Source of the DNA: Histomonas meleagridis 2922-C6/04-290x
Lineage: Eukaryota > Protista > Parabasalia
DNA length: 64,000 nucleotides
Direction: 5' to 3'
Assembly: GCA_020184695.1 (NCBI GenBank)
Contig: JAANOX010000108.1
Coordinates: forward strand, 23,180 to 87,179
In this document: positions 10,532 to 23,394 of the stretch, in pieces
How the letters are laid out: each line of letters starts with the position of its first letter
Position numbering within the stretch: the first letter of the stretch is position 1
Made by a program: the position numbers and the translations under genes
Notes under the pieces: generated by a model
Told to the model about the DNA's origin: nothing
Database searches by the model: none
The model's input: the letters and a program-made list of their open reading frames with translations, nothing else

Positions 10532-11084
10532 AATATTAAATAAATGAAACAGACGGATTTTGTTTTTAACGTTGTGATTATGTTTTCCGTAATGTACATT
10601 TAATTTTCGTTTTTGTTGTTTATACATTGACGTGAAAACCTGAAGAATTATACTTTGGAATAATTGACTGCTATAGCATTATTCTTAAAGGACATATTTA
10701 ATAGTAGATATTTGATAAATTTTATTTGGATTTAAAGATCTGTTTTTCGCAATAATCCTATTTCACACACTTCACCCGAGGGAACGTTAATTCGATTTTT
10801 TTTTTTTTCGATTTTCTTCTCGTATTTTAATTATAATTTAAATTTGCTTAGAAACTATATAAAAAAATTATGATTTATTCTCATTTTTAATTGTTGGTCT
10901 ACATGTTCAATGTATTTAAAAAATAACTTACTTCACGAGTTCTACTTTTATTAATAAACATAAAATGAAGAATTTCCACTGATTTATGTAGATTAAATTT
11001 TTCATAAGTAATTATTAATATATTATTTGAAACATATAATTTTGAAATGATATAGCCATGTGTATCTTTAAAAATATATTGATT

Positions 11085-12736
11085 TCATTTTGAAAACAAT
11101 AATTTTAGTTTTGTTTTCCCTGAAACGTTATTTGTTTGCGTGGCTAGATCATTTTTTATTATATCTGAATTTTTGTTCTCGTTTACATCATAAAATTGAA
11201 ATTTATTTTCATTTTCGAGCTGCTCATCTGAAATTAATGTATAATTTGGTAAAAAGGTTGTGTAGTCTTTATCATTTTCTGATCCATATAACCAGTTAAT
11301 TGTTACAGAACCTTTTGCACGAAGTAATTTAACTATTTCTGTATGACCATTTGAATATGCATATTCATATGCTGATTTAAATATGTTGAATAATTCCCGA
11401 ACAGTATATTTTAACAAAAAATTCTCAATATCAATGCAAAATAAAAAAATCAAATTACATATTATTTAAATAAATGCTAAATAAAAGCAATAAACATCTT
11501 TTGTATCAACATCAATTCCTTCTTGTGCAAGAAGTATTTTAACAAGTTTTATGTTACCAGTTTTACATGCCCAAATAAGTGGTGTATCAAATAATTTAAA
11601 TAATCTTCAAATATTATTTATAAAATTATTAATAAAAGAAACGCCAAATACTTGACAGAAATATACCTAGTGTTGATATCAATTTCTTTCTGCTTTAAAA
11701 GATATTTAAAAAGTTCCAAATTTTCTGATTTTGTAGAGCTAATCAAGAGATTTTTTGGTATTCGATTGGTTTGAAGAAAATATTTAACAAGATATATATT
11801 TCCGTTTGTTGCTGATTCATTTATAATGTTATTATTTATTTTCATGCCCATCTTTTCTAAAAATAAAAGAATTTCATAATTATAATACCTTACGCACTTT
11901 TCTCCTAATTCTTCTAATTTATTAATTTTTTCTATTTTATTTTCATAAATATATTTAAAGATATCATTTCGATGAAATTCAATTGCAGCTTCATATGCAC
12001 CTTCAAATGTTGAATGATTTTGTTCACATAAATGAATGATTTCTTCATTTCCACCTGCAACTACAAATCTACCTGTATTTTTAATATTTGCGTCATTCAT
12101 AAGTAAATATTTAAAACAATTAATTGATCCAAAAAATGCTGCGAAATCAATTAAAGTAACTAATTTTGTCTATCATAATCTGTTGGATTAACATATGAAC
12201 ATCTTTCATAAAGTGATGGTTCAATTTTTTGATTATAATCAAAATCATTTTGTGATGATATTTCTTGAAGTTTTTCTATTTTATCATATCTAATTATTTT
12301 TGCAATTTTATTTGTATTTACTCCTTCTTTAATATATTTCTTATGAAGTTTGAAATCATTATTTGAAAGCTCTTTATATGTTTTATTCGTATGACTTAAA
12401 TAATTATATTTAATTAATTTGTAATGCATAAAGTATTCTGAATTCATATTTTCAGTAATATTTTTATTGATTACATTTCGATTTATCATTTTCTAAATAA
12501 TGAATGTATCTGTCAGCTGAATTCCATTTTGCACAAAATGAAGAATAAACTAACTGACTAACAATTAAAATAAATGAGTATGGAAAATTAAAATCATATA
12601 ATTTTATTGTTTGGTCAATTGCAAGATTAAAGTTCTCTTTATATAAATTAATTATGATTTGTTCAAGATTAATTTCGATATATTGAGGCTCATTTCCATC
12701 ACCATTTTTTTTAGAATTTATTTCGCCATTTAACAT
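11085..12736 (-). pseudogene. Frameshifted DUF3447-ankyrin gene with two spacer-interrupted ankyrin units and a C-terminal tail
   Basis: ORFs 12464-12736, 12160-12489 and 11618-12100 join via 1-nt indels in A-runs. Ankyrin unit FDTPLIWACKTGNIKLVKILLAQEGIDVDTKDVY (11490-11591) is flanked by spacers 11592-11656 (65 nt) and 11382-11489 (108 nt), then FKSAYEYAYSNGHTEIVKLL. Confidence 0.8.
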
Positions 12737-13184
12737 TGTTCTTAAAGTGAATTAGATGCCAAACACACCTTCAAGGAATCACTTTGTTAATTATAAAAGA
12801 CACCCATACATTCTTTCAAAATATTACAATGCTGTATTTTTCGTTTTTGGATATAAATTTGTTTAATCATTATAATATTATCATTAAAAATCATATATAA
12901 TATAAAATACATATTAAATAAAACGTATGCATATAATTATTTTACATATTAAAAGTATCTATGCTAAGGAATAAAAGAGAAAGTTGTAATGATTTCAGTG
13001 GCCAAATATACATTGAATTCATTCCTTTGCAAAGAATGTTTTTTATAAATGCAAAAATGATTATAAAATTAATATTCATTGTTATTTTTATATTTCTTTG
13101 GGAAATCATGCATTGTACAATGGAATTCCATTTCAATCAGTTGTTTCACAACAAATCTTTACATTTCGATTTAGCACTTTTTAG

Positions 13185-13358
13185 GAAATGGACATTTTTT
13201 CTGTCTCGTGGCAAAACCGTAAAAGTGGAAAAATACGTTGGCCAGTTTTTTATGTCCGATGGCCGAAATTACTGGACGCTGAACGTTAATTTCGGCGCTC
13301 GTTAACTTCATGGACATTTTTTCTGGCCAATGGACATTTTTTGCTGTCCAGGACTGTA
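13185..13358. mobile_element. Probable solo terminus of a Tc1/mariner-type element
   Basis: Ends ...TGTCCAGGACTG|TA (reverse complement TA|CAGTCCTGGACA, a Tc1-like CAGT start); three ATGGACATTTTTT subterminal repeats; no partner end found. Confidence 0.45.
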
Positions 13359-13483
13359 ATATATATTTTCTATCGAAGTAACAATTCTATTTCATACTTT
13401 CACATCTAGTTAAAATCGTTTTTACAATAAATTTAATACTTGTATATTATTTATAACTTGCATCAGAGTTGTAGATTAATGTA

Positions 13484-14690
13484 AAGTATTCTTCAATAAG
13501 TTTCCCCAACGATACACTTTTTTAGGCCAATAACCCTCGCATTTCTATTAAAAAGTTCTATCGTTTGGGAAACTTATTGAAGAATTCAAAATTTATTTGT
13601 TTTTTTTAGTAGTTGGTATGATCCCCATTATTGCGAATAACTTGTTGCAGTCTGTCTTGCATAGAGTTTGCAAGATTTTAAAGCATTTCAGGGGAGATGC
13701 TTTCCCAGACTTCGAATATCGCAGCACAGAGCTCATCGATGGTTTTCGGTATAAGTTCATAAATTTTTCTTTTCATAATCGCCCATAGATTCTCAATTAG
13801 ATTGAGATCTGGGCTCATTGAAGGCCAGTCTTCTAGAATGTTAACGTACATTCTTAAGTAATCTATAGTTTCTCTGCAAGTATGAGCGGTTGCTCCATCT
13901 TGCATTAAAATCCAATTTTTGATTCCATAGACTTCATTCATCTGCGGTATCAAACCGCTTCCATCTATCAGTTCGTCTACATAGGAAACATGGTCAATGG
14001 TCCGTCTTTCAATAATGATGAGGTTTGTTTTGACTTGGGAAGATATCCCACCAAACACCAAAACCTTATCTGGGAATTTTTTTCAGTAACTATAACTTCA
14101 GGACATTTCTCGCCTCTTTTTCGATAAAGAGGTCGATGATCCTCGTTGAGCTAAAAGTAGCTTTCATCTGTGAACATCACTTTTGTCCAGTCGGTTCCAA
14201 GCTGCAAATGCTTTTGTGCAAACAATAAACGGTCGCTTTTCTGTTTCTCTGTAAGTGCAAATGAAATCAATGGGTAGCTGAATCGATATTCTAGAATTCT
14301 TCTTGCTCTCATGATGGTAGATTCGCTTATATTGTTGTTGAATTTTCCAGATTGATTAGCAAAGACTGATAACGAAAGATTTGATAATCGTGGATTTGCT
14401 TTCGTCATATCATCAACAAATTCCAGGAGTTTTGTTGTAATCTTCGTCGGGGCTTCAAGTTTTGTTTTTTGAAAGCAAATGTCTTCCCCATCTTTAATCA
14501 TTTTTCGAACCAATTTTACAGTCTTGTGGTCATGACCAGTCATCCGTTGGATGTCCATATCTGAATACCCTAGGTATATCCATTTTGCTATTTCCTGCCT
14601 TCTTTTTATTGTTGTTTTTGTCGCCAGCATGTTCCTTGTCTGCGGAAGATATTTGATAGCTTTACGTGGGAAACTTATTGAAGAATACTT
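13484..14690 (-). mobile_element. Tc1-family (DD34E) DNA transposon, ~1.2 kb, TA target duplication
   Basis: TIR AAGTATTCTTCAATAAGTTTCCC (13484-13506) and its reverse complement (14668-14690), each flanked by TA (13482-83, 14691-92); encloses a transposase. Confidence 0.9.
13678..14630 (-). pseudogene. Tc1 transposase, disrupted by an in-frame TAG (14151) and an A-run frameshift (~14080)
   Basis: VMFTDES, LMQDGATAH, WPSMSPDLNLIENLW; 34 residues between the second D and E. Confidence 0.9.
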
Positions 14691-15051
14691 TACAAAAAAT
14701 TTAGAGTAATCGTCCTAAGACCGTTTAAAATGTAGAATTCTATGAAACCTGTTTAGTAGAACCTAAACAGGAATTATAAAACAAGTTGGATGAATACTTT
14801 AGCACTACTTATTAAAAAATTCTGGTATGGGAAGAAGTGTATTTGCCCAAAAAATTTTTATTCGAAATAATTCAGCTGAGAAATTGAGTGAAAAAATTCC
14901 TCACAAAATTGCATTAACGATAGCTATTTTTAAGAACAAAAAACGGTTTTTAATGAATGAAAAAGCTAAAATTTAAATATAATTTTAATTCAGCTCTATT
15001 TGAAGTCCGTTCCAACCATTCGACATTAATAACATCGTTAATGCAAAATTT

Positions 15052-15951
15052 CTATTTAACATCTCTCGTTTCATTATTTTTGAATCTTAATGTACTCATC
15101 AAATACGCTTCGTTCTCCCGGTTGATCCATTCATTTCCTAAAATTTCCGTGAAAAACGAACTCTTGAGGCATTCCTCTGCTGTAGGCCTTTGGTTTTGAT
15201 TGATGTTCAGCATTGATCTGATCAATTTCTTCAGTGATGGTGGCGCACATTTAAAGAAGCCCTCCTTGTAGGAAGGCTCCTTCTTGAAGTACTCCATCGA
15301 AAAGTGGTCAATTTTTATGTTCGGAAATGGTTCTTTGCCAGATAAGAGAATGTAAAATGTTACACCTAATGACCATATGTCTGTGGGGAAACTGTGTGGT
15401 TTGAGGGAAAGAAGCTCAGGAGATGCAAATTTATCTGTTCCAAGGTTACAATGACATAATTCGGTATCTTTCAATATTGACGCAAACTCAAAATCAATAA
15501 GAGCAGGATCAATTTCGCCATTAGAAAGAGCGAAAAGGAGAACATTGGCATCTTTGATGTCTCCATGTAAAACTTTATTTGAATGGAGATAATTAACAGC
15601 AAGCAATAACTTGTACATGATTTGCCCGCATTGCTCTAATGATTTGATTTTCCCGTTTCGAACAGCTGTATTTAGATCACCATGAATTGCTCTGTTCATT
15701 ACTAAAACTCGAAAACCATTTGAATCAAAGCTTTTCCTGATCTTCATGATGTACTTTTGAGAAAGTTCTTTCATTAGCCTGGTTTCTGTTTCATAACGGT
15801 GAATTGGCGTTTTTGCCATGTCAATTAATTTTAACACAATCTTTTCTGCTGTAGAAGGTTCAAGTGAAGAGTATACGTATGAGTTGGGAGACATGTGAAG
15901 TAGTGAAAGTAATCGATAATGCTTGATTCGTGTAGGTATCCTTAAGTTCAT
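15052..15951 (-). CDS. Ser/Thr protein kinase (CAMK-like, divergent, non-RD); probable ATG 15951
   Basis: IVLKLI, HGDIKDANVLL, DFEF, GTDKFASPE, DIWSLGV, RPTAEECL. Confidence 0.88.
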   Translation of the reverse strand: MNLRIPTRIKHYRLLSLLHMSPNSYVYSSLEPSTAEKIVLKLIDMAKTPIHRYETETRLMKELSQKYIMKIRKSFDSNGFRVLVMNRAIHGDLNTAVRNGKIKSLEQCGQIMYKLLLAVNYLHSNKVLHGDIKDANVLLFALSNGEIDPALIDFEFASILKDTELCHCNLGTDKFASPELLSLKPHSFPTDIWSLGVTFYILLSGKEPFPNIKIDHFSMEYFKKEPSYKEGFFKCAPPSLKKLIRSMLNINQNQRPTAEECLKSSFFTEILGNEWINRENEAYLMSTLRFKNNETRDVK

Positions 15952-16574
15952 TATTATCAACTTTTTGTATGCTTTACATTCTCCGAAAATCTTTGCCGTG
16001 AAGATCACATTAAAAAGGCAATTTCCCCTCAAAACATTTCCCGAAATTATCACCAAGAACTTAAGTTAATTATACAGCAATACATCCTTTTTTGAAAAAC
16101 TAGTAATGATCATCAACTTAAACATAAGACTACATAAAAGTATGATTGCAATTTTTTTATTAATTCAAGAAAACTAAGATATATTTTTTATCCTTAATAA
16201 AAAACTATTGAATAAAAAGAATTTATATCATGGAAATGATAATCTTCAAGGTGTCTTCGTAAAAAAAAAACACTCTGAAAAAGTGAATGTTTGAATCGAT
16301 ATTAATCGGAAGTTGTTATTTGGCCGGCTAACTAAGAATTCATAAACAGTTTTTCAATATTTTACAAAATTTTGGATAAAAAAAAGGTTCGGATATATCT
16401 TATTTAAATTTATATAAATAAAAACTTTGTTGATTACAGTTAAAGCAACTATATTTTAAGCAATATTTAAAAAATTATATTTATAAAATTTGATCGACCA
16501 ATATGAAAAATTTCGATTTTGGTTTCAGCTGAAATACAAAGGTTTATTGTGTAAAGTTATGAAAACAGCGATTA

Positions 16575-16595
16575 AACCGTTTTGGTCTTTCTTTC
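16575..16595 (+). promoter_or_regulatory. M3-like (AACCGTTT) plus CTTT (M5-like) core promoter of RPL18A
   Basis: Matches the Trichomonas M3 consensus [AGT][AG]C[GC]GTT[TAG] ~14-21 nt upstream of the ATG. Confidence 0.55.
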
Positions 16596-17123
16596 ATGCT
16601 TAAGAACTACGAGGTTATAGCACGTCCTCTCCCAACTGAAGCAGTACCAAATCCAGCTGCTATTCGTGTTCAAGTTTTTGCTGCAGATGAAGTCATTGCA
16701 AAGTCAAAATTCTGGGGTGTTGCTCGCCGTATTGCTCGTTTAAAGAAAGCTCATGGTGAAATCCTTGCAGTAAAGCATGTTATTGAGCCAGAACCAGAGC
16801 GCGTCAAGAACTATGGAATTTGGTTGACATATCGCTCCACAAATTCAATCAATAACATTTACAAAGAATTTCGTGACACAACAACAGAAGGCGCTGTCCT
16901 TCGCCTTTACCAGGAAATGGCTGGTACACATAATGTTCAAGCAAAGAATATTTCGATTATTCGTGTTAGCGAAATCCCAGATGAAGATGTTGTACATCAT
17001 AACCTTCGTATGTTCCTTAACAAGGACGTCAAGTTCCCAATACTTAAAAGATCAATTCGCCCGGCTCACCCATCACAGAAGAAGATTCTTTCTAGCAAAC
17101 GTCCAACAGTTTGTGGCTTCTAA
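16596..17123 (+). CDS. RPL18A: 60S ribosomal protein L18a (eL20)
   Basis: VFAADEVIAKSKFW, VKNYGIWLTYRS, YKEFRDTTTEGAVLRLYQEMAGTH. Confidence 0.95.
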   Translation: MLKNYEVIARPLPTEAVPNPAAIRVQVFAADEVIAKSKFWGVARRIARLKKAHGEILAVKHVIEPEPERVKNYGIWLTYRSTNSINNIYKEFRDTTTEGAVLRLYQEMAGTHNVQAKNISIIRVSEIPDEDVVHHNLRMFLNKDVKFPILKRSIRPAHPSQKKILSSKRPTVCGF

Positions 17124-17451
17124 ACACACCCATTTAGAGTATATTTTCTTTTTTTTGAAATATAAGTGATTTTACAAAAGAAAATTTGCTCAATTTTGCT
17201 TTTCAAAAATTATTAGATATTATTTGTAATAAATATTATAAATATGAAGTCAAGTCATCGCAGCAATTATATTTACAATGAATTTTGGTTTATAGAATTA
17301 TTTGAAATTCACCATAATTTTAAAAACAAATTTTTAGAACATTAAGTGTGGGTCTTTGAGGGATTTATTATTTAGGGATAACTAAGTGTTAAAATGAGTG
17401 CTTTGTGCGAAACGAGTGAGAAAAATTCGACCACAGTTATCACTTTTCACA

Positions 17452-18579
17452 ATGGCAACAAAGGAGCCAGGCACTGCAAAGATATCAGAAAAAATTGCTG
17501 CGATTGAAGAAGAACTTTCAAGAACTCAAATCAATAAAGCAACAATGCACCACATTTGCCTTCTTAAGGCTCGTTTGGCAAGATTAAAAAGAGAAGCGAT
17601 TGAAATTGTTGCACGAAAAAGTGGAAGTTCAGGTCCAGGATTTGAAGTCAGGCGTAGTGGTGATGCAAGAATTGGTTTGTTTGGTTTTCCTTCTGTAGGA
17701 AAATCTACATTATTAAATGCGTTAACAGGTGCTAGTTCAAAAGTTGCTGCTTACGAATTTACAACTCTTACCCCAGTGCCTGGAATCATATCAATCAATG
17801 GTGCCAAAATTCAAATATTGGATTTACCAGGAATTTTAGAAGGTGCTGCTGATGGTGTTGGCCGAGGTAAGCAAGTTATTGCAGTTGCCAGAACTTGCTC
17901 CCTTATCTTAATGGTTCTTGATGGTATGCAGTCTCTTAATCTCCTCAAAATTCTCGAAACCGAATTAAGTGGCTATGGCATCAAACTTAATAAAACTCCA
18001 CCTAAGATCCGTATAGATGTCAGAGATCGCAATGGAATTGCTATTACATCCTCATGTCCACAGCCAGATCTTGATAATGAAGTCATCATCCAAATTCTTC
18101 GAAACCAATACCGAATCAATCACGCTGTCATCCACTTTGACGAGCCCGCCACCATTGATGATTTCATTGATGTTCTTGAAGATAATCGCGTATACATTCC
18201 CGCGATCTATGTCATCAACAAATGTGATCAACTATCTCCAGAACAGATTGCAGAGTTTTCCAAGATGCCAGACACCATGTGCGTTTCTGCTAAGGACAAT
18301 ATAAATCTTGATAATTTGGTCACCCGAATTTGGGACTATTTGGACCTGATAAGGGTGTTTACACAGCCCAGAGGCGAAGAGATCGACCCTGAGCCACTCG
18401 TACTCTCAGCCAACAGATGCACGATACGAGATATGTGCGAGAAAATTCACACGAGCATGGTCGAGTCGTTCAAGTTCGCATGGGTAACGGGAACGTCAGT
18501 GAATCACTACCCGGCGAAGTGTGGTCTGAATCACATACTTCATGATGGGGATATTGTGACACTTATATGCAAAGGGTAA
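17452..18579 (+). CDS. DRG: Developmentally regulated GTP-binding protein (OBG/DRG family, TGS domain)
   Basis: GFPSVGKST, YEFTTLT, DLPGILEGA, NKCD, C-terminal HILHDGDIVTL; Inr TCACTT upstream of ATG 17452. Confidence 0.95.
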   Translation: MATKEPGTAKISEKIAAIEEELSRTQINKATMHHICLLKARLARLKREAIEIVARKSGSSGPGFEVRRSGDARIGLFGFPSVGKSTLLNALTGASSKVAAYEFTTLTPVPGIISINGAKIQILDLPGILEGAADGVGRGKQVIAVARTCSLILMVLDGMQSLNLLKILETELSGYGIKLNKTPPKIRIDVRDRNGIAITSSCPQPDLDNEVIIQILRNQYRINHAVIHFDEPATIDDFIDVLEDNRVYIPAIYVINKCDQLSPEQIAEFSKMPDTMCVSAKDNINLDNLVTRIWDYLDLIRVFTQPRGEEIDPEPLVLSANRCTIRDMCEKIHTSMVESFKFAWVTGTSVNHYPAKCGLNHILHDGDIVTLICKG

Positions 18580-19072
18580 ATATAAAGATAAAATGTCTTT
18601 TAATTTGTTTATATTATGTTTTCTTATTAGTTAAACTTAACAATTTTTATTGTTTGTGTCTGCGATAATATCTCGAATAGTCATTTTAGCAATTCTTTCG
18701 ATTGTTTCCTTAACATTTACATTTGTTACAGAAATTTCGATGCACCAGTTTTTTAGTAAGTTTTTGACCAGAAGCACTTATTGCTATAAAAATACAATCG
18801 GCGTATAATTGGTTCTTTTTATATTCTTTATAAGGTTTACAAGAGAGCTTAAAAATATAGTTTAATTTTATTTTTAACTTATTCTTAATGCTTGTTTACA
18901 TATTATCAATTCCAATCTCGAATTGTTATTATTAATTCTCCGATTTTCATTTTATTCCATTTAATTGGTTTATCTTCAATATCCAAAAAAAGCTTCTGTA
19001 TAACTTTTGGTTAGGCACTTTGTTTAGTTGAATGATATGAACAAATTCTTTTTGAATATTTAAATTACAAAG

Positions 19073-19559
19073 TTAATATAAAATCATTAAATAATAATGC
19101 GAATCATTCATTTTTGTTTCGTTGTTAACTTTTAATACAATATCATCCCAAAAAGTTTCTAAATTTTCATTACAAATGTTTTTAAGTAATTCTTCAACAG
19201 CAATTCTACCAATTCTCGAATACTTATTTGAAGGAAAACTTAAAATTAATTCAATAAGTTGAGGATCTTCAATAGCAGATGTAAACATTGTTATTAATAA
19301 TAATACTAAATAAGAAGAATGTTGCTTTGCTTTAGAAAGTGTTTTTATCAAAAAGATCTTTAGAAAAGAATTGTGGTTGCCCAGTGCCCATTTCACAAAT
19401 TTTATGTATAAGTCCTACATAAAGTAAATTAATTGAAGATATTACATCCCATGAAATATAAAATATATCAAAAATTACATCGAAAAGTTTCGAAATCCAA
19501 TTAATTGGATTTTCTTTAATGATTGTTTTTAATGTATTTTCATGGATTTGTAGTTTCAT
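19073..19559 (-). pseudogene. Degenerate unidentified coding remnant (two overlapping frames)
   Basis: Protein-like helical text in overlapping short ORFs; no recognisable family. Confidence 0.25.
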
Positions 19560-19699
19560 TGGATTATTAGTATTTTTTCATATAAATAAAAGAGCATTTT
19601 TATGAGCTAAATATTTCTTTCTTGGGTTTTATTAATGTATTTGCAATATATTTATATATGGAAGTCAAGCACTTCTCCGCATTTGTTTCATTTCTTAAT

Positions 19700-20850
19700 T
19701 ACACATAATCTCACAAAGCTTATTATCACTTTGGCTTATAAACGGTAGTTTTGTGAGATTGTTCTTTGGTAACAAAAAGACAACTATTGTCTTGGAGGAT
19801 TCAATTACACAATGCGTTACGAGCAAATTGGATATTTACGGATCACACTTGAACTGGAGGATCTCAAGCTAGTCACCATAAAGCTAGGTGATATTTGTAA
19901 CTTAAAGCCTCAGATAATAACGAAAGCATTGAATAAATTTTACAAAAAAAAAAAAAAAAAAATCCCATAGGTCTTCAGAAAAAAACTCACTGTCGAGAAA
20001 AAGAACAATGTTATCATTCCCTCAAAAGCTCAAAAAATGAGGTTAATGGTAAATTTTCGAGATCAATATTTAATGCAGACGAAACAGGTTCTTCAGAGTG
20101 GATGGACAAAAAAACGAGAAATATGGTTGTACCAAAGCATGGAGATGATATAAGAATCACAAGGTCAAAAGAGCATCAAAATTACAAACAATTTTGGGTT
20201 GCATTTCTGCAGCTGGTGATGTGTTAACACCTGTTCTTATCCATTCAAGAAAGACAGTTGACGAAGAAGTTTATTTAAAAGGTTTAAGGGAGGGAACAGA
20301 TGTTATTTTGAGATATTCAGAATCAGGTTATATTACTTCATCCATCTTTGAAGAGTGGATAGGAAATTTTTTTGTTAAATTTGTCAATGATACAAGAAAT
20401 GCATTGTATCTAGAGGATGAAGAGGCAGTTTTATTTCTTGATAGGTGCAGTTCTCATACATCAGATGAGGTGAAACAAATATTAGCTAACAACAAAATTA
20501 AAATGATTACGTTCCCACCACATGCCTCGCATATTTCCCAAATGCTAGATTTAGTAACTTTTGGTGTGTTAAAACATGTTAAGCCAACAATTAAGACTCC
20601 ATTTAAAAATAATTCACAAGCACACCATATACACAAATATTCAAAGGCATTTGAGACTCAACAATATCTTCAAACAATAGATCGGCTTTTTTGAGAGCAG
20701 GTTTTTTTTTTTAATACTTCAATATTTTCATACAAGTTTCAAATTGATGAAAATCAAATACGAAAAATAATAGAAGAATCAAAATTAATATCTGAAGAAG
20801 AATTTCAGCATCAATTTTCAAATGCAAGAAAGAAAGAGTTTGGATTCATT
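19700..20850 (+). mobile_element. Decayed pogo/Tigger-like (DDE_1) transposase
   Basis: IFNADETG (~20066-20090), GCISAAGDVLTPVLI, VLFLDRCSSH, FPPHASHISQMLDL; multiple frameshifts; TIRs not located. Confidence 0.8.
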
Positions 20851-21399
20851 CTTTTGATTTTTAATACTCTCTTTAAGTGATATATATTGTATTTTGTGAT
20901 GAATTCATACTAACATTGATCCAACAAATAATATTATAAAATTTAAGAAATATTATTTATTGATAAAGATATTTTCGTTTCATTTTGGAATTTCACCACT
21001 TTTTCGAAAAACGGTTAAACACATTTAGACTGGAATCTGTATTAAGTTATCTTTCAATTTTTTTTCAAAATTTCTCCAATATCTCTCTATTACTTTATTT
21101 TAAATATTTTTTACAATATTTTGAGGTTATTTATTTCATTTTATCACTTATATCCATTCCTCTCTATTCATTTTAAGTTCGAATTCATCAATTTCATTTA
21201 AAAAGTTTAAATATTTATGAACTCTTTATTCATTTCAAGTTTCATTTTTTTATAATTGAATTGTTTTTAATCGTTTTTCATTCAATTTACTGGAAGTTCA
21301 ACTTTGAATTTTTTCAAAAGCTTGATTCTCAATTGATAATATTCGTTTCAATTTCTGGTTGGAGGTGAAGAATTGATGTTTGTGAGTTTTGGATTAGAT

Positions 21400-23394
21400 T
21401 TTTTCACGGAGTAATTTTACTATTTTTGTATAACTTTTTTGTTTTGCTATTTGAATTGCAGTCAAATATTATTAAAACATATTTCAAATTATTAAAACAT
21501 ATTTCAAATTATTAAAACATATTTCAAATTATTAAAACATATATTAAATTATTCGAATGAATAGTTTTTGCATTAACATCAATTCCTTTATCTAAAAGTA
21601 ATTTTACTATTTCTATATTATTATTTCTAACTGCTATATGAAGTGCTGTTTCAAATTATTAAAACATATTTCAAAATATTAAAACATATTTCAAATTATT
21701 CAAATGAATATTAAATTATTCGAATTAATAGTTTTTGCGTTAATATCAATTCCTTTATCTAAAAGTAATTTTACAATTTCTATATTATTATTTTCAACTG
21801 CTATATGAAGTGCTGTTTCAAATTATTAAAACATATATAAAACTATTAAAACATATATAAAACTATTAAAACATATATAAAACTATTAAAACATATATAA
21901 AACTATTAAATCATATATAAAACTATTAAAACATATTCTAAATTATTAAAACAGATATCAAATTATTAAAACATATTTCAAATTATTAAAACATATATAA
22001 AACTATTAAAACATATTTCAAATTATTAAAACATATTTCAAATTATTAAAATATATTATAAATTATTAAAATATATTATAAATTATTAAAACATATATTA
22101 AATTATTATAACATATTCTAAATTATTAAAATATATTATAAATTATTTGAATGAATATATTTTGCATTAACATCAATTCCTTTATCTAAAAGTAATTTTA
22201 CTATTTCTATATTATTATTTCTAACTGCTATATGAAGTGCTGTTTCAAATTATTAAAACATATTTCAAATGATTAAAACATATTATAAATTATTAAAACA
22301 GATATCAAATTATTAAAACATATATAAAACTATTAAATCATATATAAAACTATTAAAACATATTCTAAATTATTAAAACAGATATCAAATTATTAAAACA
22401 TATATAAAACTATTAAAACATATATAAAACTATTAAAACATATTTCAAATGATTAAAACATATTATAAATTATTAAAACAGATCCAAAATTATTAAAACA
22501 TATTTCAAATTATTAAAACATATTTCAAATTATTAAAACATATTTCAAATTATTAAAATATATTATAAATTATTAAAACATATATTAAATTATTATAACA
22601 TATTCTAAATTATTTGAATGAATATATTTTGCATTAACATCAATTCCTTTATCTAAAAGTAATTTTACTATTTCTATATTATTATTTCTAACTGCTATAT
22701 GAAGTGCTGTTTCAAATTATTAAAACATATTTCAAATGATTAAAACATATTATAAATTATTAAAACAGATATCAAATTATTAAAACATATTTCAAATTAT
22801 TAAAACATATTTCAAATTATTAAAACATATTCTAAATTATTAAAGCAGATCCAAAATTAATAAAACATATTTCAAATTATTAAAACATATATCAAATTAT
22901 TAAAGCAGATCCAAAATTATTAAAACATATTTCAAATTATTAAAACATATATAAAATTATTAAAACATATTATAAATTATTAAAACATATTCTAAATTAT
23001 TAAAACATATTCTAAATTATTAAAACATATTTCAAATTATTCAAATGAATATTTTTTGCATTAACATCGATTCCTTCTTTATCTAAAAGTAATTTTACTA
23101 TTTCTATATTATTATTTTCAACAGCTATATGAAGTGCTGTTTCAAATTATTAAAACATATTTCAAATTATTAAAACATATAACAAATTATTATAATATAT
23201 TTCAAATTATTATAACATATATCAAATTATTATAACATATATCAAATTATTATAACATATATCAAATTATTATAACATATATCAAATTATTATAACATAT
23301 ATCAAATTATTATAACATATATCAAATTATTAAAACATATTCTAAATTATTAAAACATATATTAAATTATTATAACATATTCTAAATTATTTGA
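21400..23394 (-). repeat. Ankyrin-unit array whose spacers are VNTRs of a ~20-bp unit (ATATGTTTTAATAATTTGAA)
   Basis: Coding units 23045-23146 (102 nt), 22618-22716, 22151-22249, 21724-21822 and 21557-21655 (99 nt) read FETALHIAV(R/E)NNNIEIVKLLLDK(E)GIDVNAKxI(H/N); spacers are 248, 328, 368, 328, 68 and ~88 nt. Confidence 0.95.
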
